From NCBI RefSeq assembly GCF_006345805.1, contig NC_043014.1, positions 124,001 through 188,000 on the forward strand: a stretch of 64,000 nt of DNA. Reading direction: 5' to 3'. This DNA is from Octopus sinensis. Its lineage: Eukaryota. The notes below the pieces were generated by a model, which saw only the letters and a list, made by a program, of their open reading frames with translations, did not search any database and was not told where the DNA came from. Below, piece by piece: positions 47,248-60,561 of this stretch (positions are counted from its first letter, which is position 1; each line of letters starts with the position of its first letter). The position numbers were made by a program, and so were the translations under genes.

Positions 47248-49623
47248 ATTTCTCCTATCAGTAGAACAGATACTAAAAATATAGGTGACACTAACTTGTT
47301 AATTTTTACAGGAGGGGTGGTAGTTACAAGCAGATGTGGAAAAAGAGATTAGAAAATAAAGTGAAGACTTTAAGACAAGATCTAAGCTGACAAGTAAGGA
47401 AACGCAAGCATTAAATATTCTCTTGAGAAAAAAATACTTAGTCAAAGAGAAAGGATTCAGGATAGTCATGAAACAGCTGAAACAGTGTATCTTAGCAATA
47501 ACAGGTATCAGAAAAGAATAAGCCAGTATCAACAGAACAGATTGTTTGAGATAGACCACAGGAAGATTTTATAGCCAAATAAATAGTATAGAAAAAACTA
47601 CTGAAGATGGGAAGCTTAATGCAGAAGAAGCTAGAAAGTTCTGGAGTGATATTTAGGATAAGCCAGTTAATCATACTGGAGATGCAGCATGGTTAAAGAA
47701 AGTAAGGGAAGAAGTAGTTAGTGAGAAACAGTCAGATCTAAAACTCACTAATGCATTTATGATGTAAAATGATAGGAAGAATTCAGAATTGGAAGGGCCT
47801 AGGACCAGATTTAGTTCAAGGGTACTGGTTAAAGAAATTCAATAGAAATTCTGTAACTTACATGGAAGATTGAGGAAACAATTTCATGATTGCCTAAATG
47901 TAGGAGTTGTACCTAACTGGATGACTAATGGGAGAACAGTATTCTTCATGAAAGATGAAAGAGACAATATATATAGTAATAATAGACCAATCACTTGCTT
48001 GCCATTGGTGCAGAAGCTGTTAACAGGAATGCTGTCAGGAGGCATTTACAAACACCTTGACAACAAGAATTTACTTCCAGATGAACAGAAAGGTTGTAGG
48101 AAATAGGTTAGAGGAATGCGTGATCTATTATAAAATAGACAAAGCAGTTCTAAAAGAAGTGAAATCTAGAAAGGAAAAGCAACACTAGCCTGGATAGGTT
48201 ATAAGAAAGCCTATGACATGATTCAACACTTATGGATAAGTGAATGCTCAAGAATATTCAGTATTGCAGGCAACATAAGAGAGTTAATTAGCTATATAAT
48301 GTGAAGAAATGGAAAGTAGATCTCTACTCATGTGATACAGCCTTAGGTAAGGTTAATATCAAGAGAGGTGTTCTCAAAGTAGACTTGTTATCCCCTTTAA
48401 TATTCATGTTATGTTTAATCTCCCTCGGTTTAGTATTAAGAAAAGCAAAGGCAGAGAGTAAAGAGAGAGTAAAGAAAAAATTAACCATTTCCTCTCCATG
48501 GATGATCAGAAGCTTTTTCATAAGAATAAGAAAGAGATAGATTCCTTAATACAAACTATAAGACTCTTCAGCAAAAATATAGATATGGAATTTGGCATAG
48601 ATAAATGCATAATATTAGTTACAAAAAAAGGACAGGTAGTTAGCAGAGAAGGCATTTACTTACCAGATGGCCAGACATTAAAATTACTGAAAGGAGAAAG
48701 TTATAAGTATCTAATTGAATAAGAATATGACAAGAGTAGTAACTATAGAAAAGAAAACAAAAATTGAGAAGTAGTACTTGAGAAGAATGAGGAAGTTAAC
48801 AAAGCTAAATAGCCTGAATCTAGTGAAGGCTGTAGATACTTGGGCAGTGTTGTTACTTAGGTATCCAACAGCTTTTGTAGATTGGAGAAAATCTGAATTA
48901 GCAAATCTAGCTAGAAGAACCAGGAAGGAATTCAATATGAGTGGAGGACTTCATCCAAGGGCAGAAGTAGCATCTCTATATTTACCTAGAAAGGGAAGTA
49001 GTAGAGGTTTAATGTCAGTAGAAGACTGTGTGGAGTTAACGAGAGTAGATATAGTCTCCTATGTAGGTTATAGTGAGGAAATTTAACTGAGAGCTGCAAG
49101 AGTAACTGTTAGAGATAGGCAAATTAGAAAGCCAAATGACATTAAATTTCAGAAAAAAAAAAGAAACATGATTATCTGACTGGCATGAAAAGGCTTTGCG
49201 TGGTAGGTTTCCAAAGATAGTAACAGAAAAGAATAATAGTGAGACATAGGTGTGGTTGCAGGAATGAAGGTTGAAAAGGGAGTCAGAAAGTTTGCTAGTA
49301 GCAGCACAAAATCAAGTATTAAAGTCTAATTGGGTAAGAGCCAAGATAGATAAAATTCAGGTAGATTTTCAATGTAGTTTATGTAAATCAAAGGAGGAAA
49401 GTGTTATTCATATAGTTAGTGAATTTGAATGCTGGCACAGAAAGAATACAAGATATGAGAGCTGAGAGAGAATAACCAACTAGGAGTTATGTAGAAAAAT
49501 TAGGATTTGACCATACGGATAAGTGGTATGAACATGAATCTTGAGAAGTACTAGAAAGTAAGGAATATAAGATGTTGTAAGACATTCAGACTGACAGAGT
49601 AATAGAAGCTAGAAGGCCTGATT

Positions 49624-49656
<33 letters not shown>

Positions 49657-50036
49657 AAGTAGAAGAAGAAGAAGAAGAAGAAGAAGAAGACAAAGAGAAT
49701 AGAAAGTATCAGATAATTGACTTCACAGTTCCAAATGATGAGAAAGTCAATATGAGAGGTATTGAGAAAATAGCAAAGTACCAGGACCTAGCCATTGGGT
49801 TAAATTGTCTATGGAAAGTCCAGATAAAAAATGTATTCCTGTGATTATGAGTGCATTAGAAACTATCCCTAAGGATTTGAACAGATGGATAGAGATAGGC
49901 ATAAAACCTAGTTTAGTGCAACTCCAGAAAACAGTATTATTAGGAAGATTTAAGATTCTTAGCATCCAAGGTTACTTGTTGTAACCTGATGTTAGGAATC
50001 TTTCTTTCCAACAGTTTAATCTGTTGGGTTATATGA

Positions 50037-50037
<1 letters not shown>
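47248..50037 (+). mobile_element. R4/Dong-like LINE, family C, long decayed copy
   Basis: VPNWMTNGRT...RPITCLP...EQKGC; GVLKVDLLSPL; WMIRSF/MDDQKLF; YLPRKGSSRGL; CSLCKS knuckle; RRPDL RLE; internal (TAG)n(GAA)n at 49620-49690; (TAA)n 3' flank. Confidence 0.9.
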
Positions 50038-50074
<37 letters not shown>

Positions 50075-50426
50075 GAGCACTCAGAGAGTGCAAACCTCCA
50101 CCAAGGCAACACCAACATCCTCTCAATGATTAGCCAGAGAGGATTTTTAAAATGAGAATATCTGAAATAAACTCGACTGCTCTCACAAACGAAAATACTA
50201 AAAATGAACCCAACCGCTCTCAAAAATTAAGTAAAAAAACAGGAAAAATAATCCAGAGGCCTTGTCTGGTACCAGATCGATCCCAAAATCTAATCAGTTC
50301 ATGCTAGTCATGAGGCCAAACATCCCTGAAAATTTCATCCAAATCCATCCAGCAGTTCTTGAGATATCTTGTCCATGGACAAACAAACACGACTGAAAAC
50401 AATACCTCCACCTTTGCTAAGGCAGA

Positions 50427-50432
<6 letters not shown>
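50075..50432 (-). mobile_element. HINE, apparently complete, inserted in (TAA)n
   Basis: 5' hairpin 50403-50430, subterminal ACCTCCACC repeat at 50094, 3' hairpin GCACTC-AGA-GAGTGC at 50077-50091; TAA repeats on both sides. Confidence 0.8.
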
Positions 50433-50472
<40 letters not shown>

Positions 50473-50473
<1 letters not shown>

Positions 50474-50785
50474 GTACAAAATAACCTGGCTATGGAAAAT
50501 GAAAGTATGAATAACCTAACTATGGAAAATAAGGAATGTGAAAATAGTGCCAATTACTGTTGGGCTCTCAGGAGCAGTATCAGAAGGCATCAAGAGGAAT
50601 ATAAAGGAAATTAGAATAGAGAGCCCAGAACTGTTAGAAAAGGTTTGCCTCCTTGGCATGGCCAATATAAGCAGAAAGGTATTAGTTTAAAAGAACATAT
50701 AGCATGGTACCATAGGCTACAAGCAGCAAGCTCACCACACATGCAAGACACCAGGAGTTACAACAAAACCTGAAATAAAAAGAAT
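50473..50785 (+). mobile_element. R4/Dong family B 3' end
   Basis: LWKMK..VKIVPITVGLSGAVSEGIKRNIKE matches the RLE end of 35275-35610; (TAA)n on both sides. Confidence 0.8.
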
Positions 50786-50793
50786 AGATAATG

Positions 50794-50828
<35 letters not shown>

Positions 50829-50829
50829 T

Positions 50830-52400
50830 GACAATTTACATCCTAATCTACAAAAGTTCCTGCAAGGCTTTGTACACCAAGGAATTGTACCAGAATGGAT
50901 AGTCAAAGGAAGAACTGTATTGATCCAGAAGGACCCAGCCAAGGGTGACACACCCAGTAACTATGGTCCAGTTGCTTGTTCACCTATGATGTGGAAGCTT
51001 CTAACTGGAATAACGGGAAAAAAATTGTGCAACCATCTTGAAAGAAATGGACTGTTAGTAGAGGAAGAGAAAAGCTGCAGGAAGGGATAATGAGGAATAA
51101 AGGATAGATTGTTGATAGATAAAGACATTTTGAGGAACTGTCAGAGAAAGTTGACTAGCTTATCAATAGCTTGGGTTGACTATAAGAAGGCATAGGATAT
51201 GATTCTTCACTCACAGATTCTAAAATGATTTATCAAAATCAATATGAAGAACTAGAAAACAGTTTTGTCTGCAGGGGAAAGGAAAAATTGGGCAAATCGA
51301 CATCGAGAGGGAAATATTTCAACAAATATTTCACTAGTCACCTTCTCACTCAGTGCAACCTGTAACATTCTTTCACCCCTCTTCCTCAAATCAGGACTTG
51401 ATCTCCTTCACAACACAATCCTATATTCCAACCAGTCCTCTGTCACCTTCCGTCCTTTCGTAGGAATATAGGATTGTGTTGTGAAGGAGATCAAGTCCTG
51501 ATTTGAGGAAGAGGGGTGAAAGAATGTTGCAGGTTGCACTGAGTGAGAAGGTGACCAGTGACAATGGCAAAACCCTCCAGTACAATGTGAGGACTAATAA
51601 AGGAAAGATTATCAACTGGAAAGAGAAAGTCCTACAGGGTGTGCTTTTCCAATAAACATTGGATGAAGCTGATGAAGAACCCTAAAGATGGTTAAGACAT
51701 GAATTTTTAAGAAAGAAAACAGAAGTGATCCTTGCTGCTCAAAAACAAACTTTACAAATCAACTCAATCAAGTGAAGAATTGATAAAACATCAGAATCAC
51801 TTTTTTGTAGATTATGTAAAAAAAAACATCTGAGACATACATATAAATTAGTATATACTGAAAACTAGCCCCCAATAGAGTACAAACATTCCATTACAAA
51901 GTAGAAGTGTAAATACTCTGTGAGTTGTGCAGAAAGTATGGGCTAGAATGTTCTAACAAGTGATATAAACACCAACGTTTGCCAGTAACAGAGAATGATT
52001 GGGTGAATTTCACATAGGATGTGCCAATCTACACAGATAAAAAGCTGCAACATAACCAACTAGATATCACTCTCCTACAGAAGGAATCCAAAGAATGGAT
52101 CTTCATCAACATAGCCATACCTGCAGACCAGAATAGTGGGAAGACAAACATGGAGAAAGTCCAGAAGTACTGAGACCTATCATTGGAAGTGAAATACATC
52201 CATAGAGCCTCAAAAGTGAGTGGGATCCTATCGTGATTGGTGCATTTGGGACTGTCTCAAAGAAAGCATTATTCTGGCATGAAATACAAAATTGGCAGCA
52301 ATTTTTGGAAACAGCACATGTATTGAGGAAAGTGTAATGTCTGTGAGCTGTAGGAAGGAGTTGAGACTTAATATTGATAACTTGAAGAAGAAAGGAAAGA
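50830..52400 (+). mobile_element. R4/Dong-like LINE, family E, internally deleted, with inverted duplication
   Basis: VPEWIVKGRTVLIQKDP...YGPVAC; DYKKA*D; WKEKVLQG; NQLDI...FINIAIP; IVIGAFG. Confidence 0.85.
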
Positions 52401-52689
52401 AAAAAAAAAGAATAGGAATAAAAATAATAATAATTATAATGATAGAGTATAATTATCAAGAATCATTGTTCCGATAGGCATCTCAATACCTTCTGACAAA
52501 ACCACTGCCTGGAAAGAAGCTGAAAGGCTGTCAAGATTTTGAAATTGAAATAAAGATTTGATAAAGATGACTACAAAGTAAGCCAGAGCACAGTCCCACC
52601 ACAGAGTCCAGAATATACCTCCTTCCATCCAATATTTTCTCCATCTACTAATCCTGGGAGGGTCATGGAAGGTTCTATCTGAAGCAACC

Positions 52690-54500
52690 ATCATTACACT
52701 TTCCTGCAGGGTTCCCAAGCTTGACCAAATGAGACTAAGGATATTATCCAACCATCTCGTTCTCGGCCTACCCTTACATCTTCCACTTCTTTGCTCACCT
52801 TGAAGAATCTGTCTTATGATTCTTCCCTATGACATTCCAATTACATGTCCTTAGCATCAAATCTATGATTGCTCAATGTGGAGAAATAATGGCTTGACCT
52901 GGAGAGACTCCCTGATCACTGAGCTATGAGGTGGTATCAAAAAGTTCCCCTACTAGTTATGTTTAATAAAAAATAACTTATTTCCTAAGTTTTAACATCA
53001 TCTCCTTCGAAATAGTCACCTTGCGCAGCAGTACACCAGTCCGAGCATTCCTGCTTCTTTTGGAACCCAGCCTGAAAGTTTTTTCTATAAATGAGTCAAG
53101 AACCTCAGCGGTTCACTCTGGATCTCAACAATAGCGTTAAAACAGTGACCTGTGATCTGCCCTTTCACCTTAGAGAAGAGATGGAATAGGACTGGTTTGG
53201 GAGCAATACCATGTTTTCTTTGGCAAGAAACTCACAAGTGAGGAGACCTCAGTTACAGGGTGCATTGTTGTTGTGAAGAATCCAATTCTTTGCATTCCAC
53301 AGATCCAGTTGCTTTCACCGAATGTCCTCCCTCAAACACTTCAAAACATCACAGTATAACTCTTGATTAATAGTCTGGCCCTGGAGGACAAATTCTTCAT
53401 GTGCAATTCTGTGGCTGTCGGAAAAAAACAATGAGCATTCTCTTGATTGAACTCTGACTCTGTCATCCCCTCTTCTGTCATAGAGATGAAGGGCTCTTCC
53501 ATTGTGATGACTGCTGCTTTGTCTCAAGGTTGCACCCATAAACCCAACTTTCATCACCAGTGATGATCTTTGACATGAAGGATTTAGTCCATCAGTGATA
53601 CCCTGACTGAGGCCTTGATAGACTTCCAGGCAATGTTCTTTCTACTCAGTGGTAAGTAGGCAGGGGACAAACTTGACAGAGACACACCACATGTTGAATT
53701 CAGAGATTAGGATTGACTACACAGACCTATACAACAGACCAACAATATCAGCAAAGTCACTGATTGTCCTCCAACAATCCTCGTGTGCAATGAATTTTCT
53801 CTTCATTTCCAGAGTTGACGCTTGTGGCAAGGAACATTCGTCCACTTTTGAAGTGGTTATGCCTCTTGAAACATTGTATGTGACCCAGTGCCTCATTACC
53901 ATAAGCTTGCTGAAGCATGCTCAATGTCCCTGTAACAGACTTCCCAAGTTTAACACAAAATTCCATGCTGGCTCTTTGTTCCTGTCTATGACAAAATCAC
54001 AGACTACAGCATACACATAATCACAAAAACAGAAATTTCACAACTTGTGAAGTAAACACAGCGACATCACTCAGCACGCTACCCCCTGAAGGTCACTGCT
54101 AGCTCTCACTGCATATGCAGCCATGTGCTGCCATCTGTTGGCATATTACAGAACTAGTCCAGGAACTTGTTGATGCCACCTCGGATGCACCCTGAGATCC
54201 TTTGAAGGAAGCACAAATTAGCACATGCATTTTCAATGCTATTCTTTTTGTCATTAGCCAACATTCATGGCCACAGATGAGGATAGGCATGAAAACCAAA
54301 TGGAAGCTAGCATCTGGCTTTTTTACTAACCTCTCCTCTTCTGAGGATCAAATGCTGCAGCTGGTGCATTACTGTACCAGCACCTGCAATTTCAGGATAT
54401 AATTCAGTTTCCTGCTTCCCATCACTCTTCAATACAGTCCCAAGATACTTAAACTTTTCTACTTGTCTCCGTGATGTCCCACTAATAAGCAGAGTTCACT
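52690..54500 (-). mobile_element. Old RTE ORF2 remnant (52690-52924 and 54186-54500) split by a mariner
   Basis: QVEKFKYLGTV; VFMPILICGHECW; RQILQGE...GRPRTRWLDNI. Confidence 0.7.
52927..54183 (-). mobile_element. Mariner (Tc1/mariner) DNA transposon, near full length, decayed
   Basis: About 30-bp TIRs (TGAGGTGGTATCAAAAAGTTCC / GGAACTTGTTGATGCCACCTCG), TA on the left; FCVKLGKS...LQQAYG; GQTINQELYCDVLKCLREDIR; QGDYFEG. Confidence 0.9.
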
Positions 54501-55209
54501 AGGAAGCTTGAATAGCCAACTATATTGTTTTAAAAGAGTTAACAGTTCTCTGATAAGATATAAAACCAAACCAGTAGGTGAGATTATGAAACTTCGGGTT
54601 AAATGTGACTAATATTTACTTTGGTTCATTTGCAATTCTTAGTTCAGGTTTTAATTATAAAAGTAAACTTTCATTCTTTCAAAGTTGATTGCATAGAAAC
54701 AAGTAATATGCCAGGGTTGATCTAGTTAGCCATACTCCTTAGCATTAAAACTAGTTTCCAATCTACCAATAAGAAACACATACTCAGAAGAAAATTGAAT
54801 TAAGCTGTATCATTGACTTTGAGCCAACAACTAACAACCAAACCCATCATCTGACTGCATTGAGTGATGCTGTATTAAAACCTGTTGGTACATCTCAAGA
54901 AGTCTAAGAAGAAAGTATTTATGCAGATTTTTGTCCTATATTTAATTAATTACAAGTTCCAGCAATGAAAATAAAATCATTGAAATATTTTGTTTGGTGA
55001 AGGATTGGCTTATTTCCATTAATTAGTAGTAATTGTCAGAATTAATTAAGATAATATTCTTGATGCTTGATGGATAATTCTAAATCTTGAAATATCTTCA
55101 ACATGTATAATGTGGAGAGAAAAGAAATGTTTGTAACGGTGTTGTTCTTCTTCTTCTTGGTGGTAGTGGTGGTGGCGGTGTTGTTGTTGTTGTTATAATA
55201 ATAATTCCA

Positions 55210-55331
55210 CTTAGGTCAACTTCGCCTTTCATCATTTTGCTGTCAATAAAATAAATATCACTTGAACACTGGGGTCAATGTAATCGCCTAACCCCACTAA
55301 AATTTCAGGCTTTGTGCCCATAGAAGAGAAG

Positions 55332-55335
<4 letters not shown>
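55210..55335 (+). mobile_element. Nin/Deu-like SINE, 3' part
   Basis: CAACTTCGCCTTTCATCATTTTGCTGTCAATAAAATAA...TTTCAGGCTTTGTGCC. Confidence 0.7.
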
Positions 55336-55365
<30 letters not shown>

Positions 55366-55919
55366 ACATGGCATGTTGAAATTCACATAAAACCTGAAAG
55401 TTGTTGCAGAGAAGTTTAGGAATGTAGGAGTATAAGTAATGTTGTGGGTTGAATTCACAGCAGGCTCTGGTCCCTACTCATTGTACTGACCACCACCCAA
55501 CCACAAATGTGGAAAGACAGAATCAGCCACTGTGAAATGTGATTAAACTCAAGACAGAGAACCAAAGCTAAGTACTATGAGATGTATAGACCAATGCTCT
55601 GTTATTTCTGCCATACTGACACATTTCAAATGAGAAATAGGGATTTCTAAACTTTGACGGCAGGACAGATTCTGGAGAAAATGAAACTTAATGGAGTCAA
55701 CATGTAGTTAACATGTAGCCAAAATGTACTCTATCATAACAGTTACATGTATAGCCTACATACATTAAGTAATTAGCAGATTTCCAAATACTTTTTCTAT
55801 TGTTATGGAAATAAATTATTTCCTCTCTGGTGAAACCTACTTTATTTTTCTGTCTGTTCACTTCTCTATAGTTTGTTATATTATTTTTAATATATAAAAA
55901 AATAAGTTGCCACTCTCCA

Positions 55920-56019
<100 letters not shown>

Positions 56020-56694
56020 GTACATATATACATATGTATAGTGTTATAACATCTAATATACAAATATTATAACATCCAATGTAGATTATGGTTGTTGTAA
56101 AATGAAACTTGTGTATAAACACTACAGAAGCAAGTGTTGGGTGCTGAAGTATTGTTTTGACACCTAAAGAAGAAGGTGTTGAGCAATAAATTCTATATCT
56201 GTGGCATCACCATTAGAAATCATCAGAGGTTGAGGAGGAACCGAACTTGTTCTATGTTGGGCAATATATTGTGTGAATAAAAACAAGATCCTTGCAGAGT
56301 TTAGTTAATTTCTGTCTAAATATTCTCTCAGAACCAAACGTTATAGAAACGCTTAATGTTTCTGACCCACAAGTAAATCAACAGCTTTTTTCCCCTTCTG
56401 ATTCAACTTGATTTTTTTCATAAAACAGACACTGAGTCATATAATAGCAGAAGAAATATGAGAATTGTAGAAAATTTAGAAATATTCCATTCATTACCTG
56501 TAACTTACCTAAGTGATTGCTGAAGGCTTTAAGACATCAATTAGATATTGGGAATAAACTATCTTCTTAATGTTGCTGACACAATATTTATCTTTGATAA
56601 GCTTAACTTGTTTGTAGTCTTATTGATTTATTCATTTGGTGCCATATCAAATATATAAATGTAGTAGCACAGCAGCAGTAGAAGCAGCAGTAGC

Positions 56695-56729
<35 letters not shown>

Positions 56730-57458
56730 CAACAACACATTATAACACAGATATTATAACTGTTATAATGTCTAATAATTAAACTATAGTGTTATAATAT
56801 CCAGTGTATAGACCAAACAAATATCTTGTTTAGACACAACAGATAAATACCAGATACATTTCTAAATTGATTGTACCCCAAGGCAAGTAAAATGTAGGCC
56901 CTTTTCTCTATTTCTAAGTCTGCAATAAAACAAAAGCAACTATAAGCTGGCCAGAACCATGTTCCAGTTATGTATCTGTAGAATCTTCCATGTTCTGCCT
57001 CTGGTATGTCTGTAGAATCTTGTGAAAATAGCACTGACATGATAATATTAATCTACAAATTTCTTTATTCTATCTAAGAATTCTTTGGAAGTTCTTTCAT
57101 CGATCTTCTGGTTTTAAATTCATTGATTTCTTGATGAACATCAGAAGAAAACAGCAGAGAAAAAAGTTTTAATCATGAAATCAGCATGGTTGGTTCAGTG
57201 CCATTGTTTCAATAGTTGTAGCCACAGTAGGGGGTGATGGTCATGGTGTGGAACAGCTTTAGTTCCAGCAGATTTATTGGAAGATTTCAAAACTGCTTTA
57301 ATATGCTTGTATCTGTTTAAATCATTGGCAAAAGATGGTAAGTTTGTAACATTGTTGTTGATGCTGTTTAGCTAGAAGTCATTCCTCATCAAGCAGATCT
57401 ATAATCAAAGATGTTCCAATCGTGACCAAGCTATCACTTATATATAAACATATATACT

Positions 57459-57489
<31 letters not shown>

Positions 57490-57494
<5 letters not shown>

Positions 57495-57650
57495 ACAGTC
57501 TTCTTTCAATTTTCCTCAACCAAATCCACTCACAAGGCTTTGGTCAGCCCAAGGCTGTAGTAGAAGACACTTGGCCAAGGTGCCACGCAGTGAAACTGAA
57601 CCCAGAACCATGTGGTTGGGAAGTAAGCTTCTTACCACACAGCCTCACCT
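57490..57650 (-). mobile_element. SINE family 1, 5' half
   Basis: CCAAATCCACTCACAAGGCTTTGGTC...ACCACACAGCC. Confidence 0.85.
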
Positions 57651-57659
57651 GCACCAATT

Positions 57660-60561
57660 TTCTTTTTGTTTCATTAATAAATTTGTCACTTCTCACATTT
57701 CTTAGTGATGCTATTATGGTGATCTCCAGTGGTTCATTATTTCTCAGAATTAACCTAGACAGACCATTGGCATGCCACAGCTTTTTGAAGGCAGACATTC
57801 CATTCTATAATCATAGTTTAATAGAATGGTACCCTACCGCTGCAGTCTGTTTGCCGTTTGTATCTGGATTCCTTTCTTGGAATTGTATATCATTATTAGA
57901 GGTACATGGTCCGTTTGCAATCAAAAACGTCTGCTGTGAATGAACCTGTAGAACTTTTTCACGCCAAATATAATAACCAATGCCTTTTTTTCAATTTGGT
58001 CATAGCTCTTTTCTGCCAGCAATAATGTCCTTGATGTGTGAGCTATGGCCTTTCTCCTACCATTGTTATCCTTGTGTAGGAGCATGGCTCCTATCCCATA
58101 CTTGCTAGCATCTTTAGCTAGTATTATCTCTAACTTTGGATCAAAATATGTCAGATGCAAGTCTGAAGTTAGCACATCTTTAAACTTATTAAATGTTTTC
58201 TGGCATTTCTCTATCCAAACCCATTTGACATTTTTTTTTTAGCAATTCAAAAAGTAGTGCCATTACCTTATGTATATTTGGGATATGCACTTGGTAATAA
58301 TTTACCAAGCCTAGGAATGCTTGTAACAATGTCATGTTCGTCGGGGGTGGCATATTTTGTATTGCAGTTACCCTTGATGGGTCCAGTTTGCATCCACTTT
58401 TGTTGATTACCTGACCTAGGTATTTTATTTATCCATCAAAAATTTGCATTTTTCTTCTGTCAGTTTTAGCCGTATTCACTTATTCTTTCAAATACGTTCT
58501 TTATGTGTTTGACATGTTTCACCTGAGACTTGCTCTTTATCAAAATGTCATCAAGGTATGTGATGGCAAAGTCGCAATCACTTAACATCGCATTTATTAT
58601 ATGTTGGAATATGGCAGGTACCACTTTTACTCCAAACAGCAGTTGTTGGAACTTGTACAATCCATGGTGTGTGTTGATTGTTAGTAGATGTGTTCAATCT
58701 TCCTCTAACTGGATTTGAAGGTACACCTCTGATAGGTCTAACTTCAAGAAAATTTTCCTTTCGTTTAGTTTAGCAAATACTTCTTCTGGGTTTGGTAGTG
58801 GGTAATTGTGTGCGATGAAACAGTCCTTCAATCCAGTTGAGAAGTGTGCACACACTCTTAGCTTATTATTTTTTTTTCTTTTACATAGACCACCAGTGCT
58901 GCTCAGACTGCATGCTCAATCTTTTCAATTATATTCAGGTTCTCCAATATTTCTAGTTCTTTTATGGACCCGGTCTACCACCACAAATGGTACATTCCAT
59001 TTGGGCCTGAAAATAGGTGTTGAATTTTGTTTGATAGCTATCCTTGCTTTTGATTTTGTGCAACAGCCTAAACCTTCCAAAAAATCTTTTGGGAAAGTTT
59101 CTTTCATTTTTTGTCTCAGTTCATTGACCTCATTCAGTCATTTGATTACTCCATTTATGTTATTGCACAAAACACTTATTGGTGTATCCCATAAATTAAA
59201 TTTCTCCATACATTCGATGCCAAATAAATTCATGGATATTTTCAACACATAAACATTCACTTTTTAGGTTCAACCTTTGAACATTATATTACAAATGCGT
59301 TTACCTATGAAATATAATTTTCTTCCTGTGACACCATATGCTATTTTGTTTGGACACCATAATTTGGGTTTACCTGTTTGTTCCCATGCTTTCTCATTTG
59401 TGATTGTCATGTCATTTCCCATGCCAAATTGCATCTGACACTAGTGATTTCAATTCTTACATTCACAAAATTTCTGTTTGTTGTAATCACAACTTTTCCT
59501 GCTGACAAACTATTTATTTTTTCTTCTTTGTTCCATTTTACCTATCATTCTAGTTTTGTAGTGTGATTTTTATATGTCCTGTAAACCTGCAGTGAAAACA
59601 CTTTGCATTTTTATATGGACAATCTTTTTTCAGCCACATCCCACTACATGCCATACAGGGGTTTACGTCCCAATATTTTTTCTGTTTTTCTTGCAAAACT
59701 TTGTCTTTTAGCTTTTTTTGCACTGGTCTTATGTGAAAACACTCTTTCTGTTGAATTTCTTCCATGTCATGCCTTAATTTTAATATCATGTCACAGTCTT
59801 TCTACAGTTTCTGCTATGTCAAATCCTGGTTCATTTCTAGTTTTGCTAGAATATCCATTCGGATTTCTGCTCCCTTTTATCTGTCAATCCTTGTGCAAAA
59901 ATCAAACACTTGAAAGATCTGAAGTAAGCATTTCCAGCCTAAATCTCTCACATTCCTTGTTCACTTTGCTTGTGAAAGTAGTGAAGTCTTCATCCACTCT
60001 TTTCTATCTTTAAACATTTCCATCGAGTATTAAACAGTGAGCTCTTTTCACTAAACATTTTGCACAAAATGTCAACTATGTCAGTGAAATTTATTTCTGA
60101 CCCTTTTTTGTTTTTGGCAATATGAAGTTTCTCACTAGTTTTCTTGAATGCATTTTCATTTTGTCCATCCAATCCTGACATTCTTTTTCAAAAATTTGTT
60201 CAAATCTTCGAAAGTAAACCTTGAAGGCTACTCCTTCTTTGAGGTCATATTTGAATTTGCTTATGGAATTTGCAACATGGTCAAGCAAAAATGCATTCTA
60301 TGGTTTGGTTATCATCTTCATTAGTTGTAACATTGCTGCTGCAATCCTTGTGGTTCCTTGAGTTCTTGCTGTTGCTGTTTTTGCAACTCAACTACCCCAG
60401 CTGACAAGTCTTCCATATCTTATGATTTTCATAAGTTTGCACAAGATTTTTGTTTCTTTTTTGTCGAGTTTTTTTTATTTTCCATATGAATTAGTTTAAA
60501 CACTTTGAGTGAATGTTTTTCTTTTTTCACTCTGCATAAATGTGTTTTACCTCATTGCCAT
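57660..60561 (-). mobile_element. Ty3/Gypsy (Mag-like) gag-pol remnant, integrase missing
   Basis: gag SISKFKYDLKEGVAFKVYFRRFEQIF; tandem zinc knuckles CMACSG...CFHCRFTGH; RT YLDDILI; RNase H DASKYGIGA...YDQIEKKAL; HANGLSRL. Confidence 0.9.
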
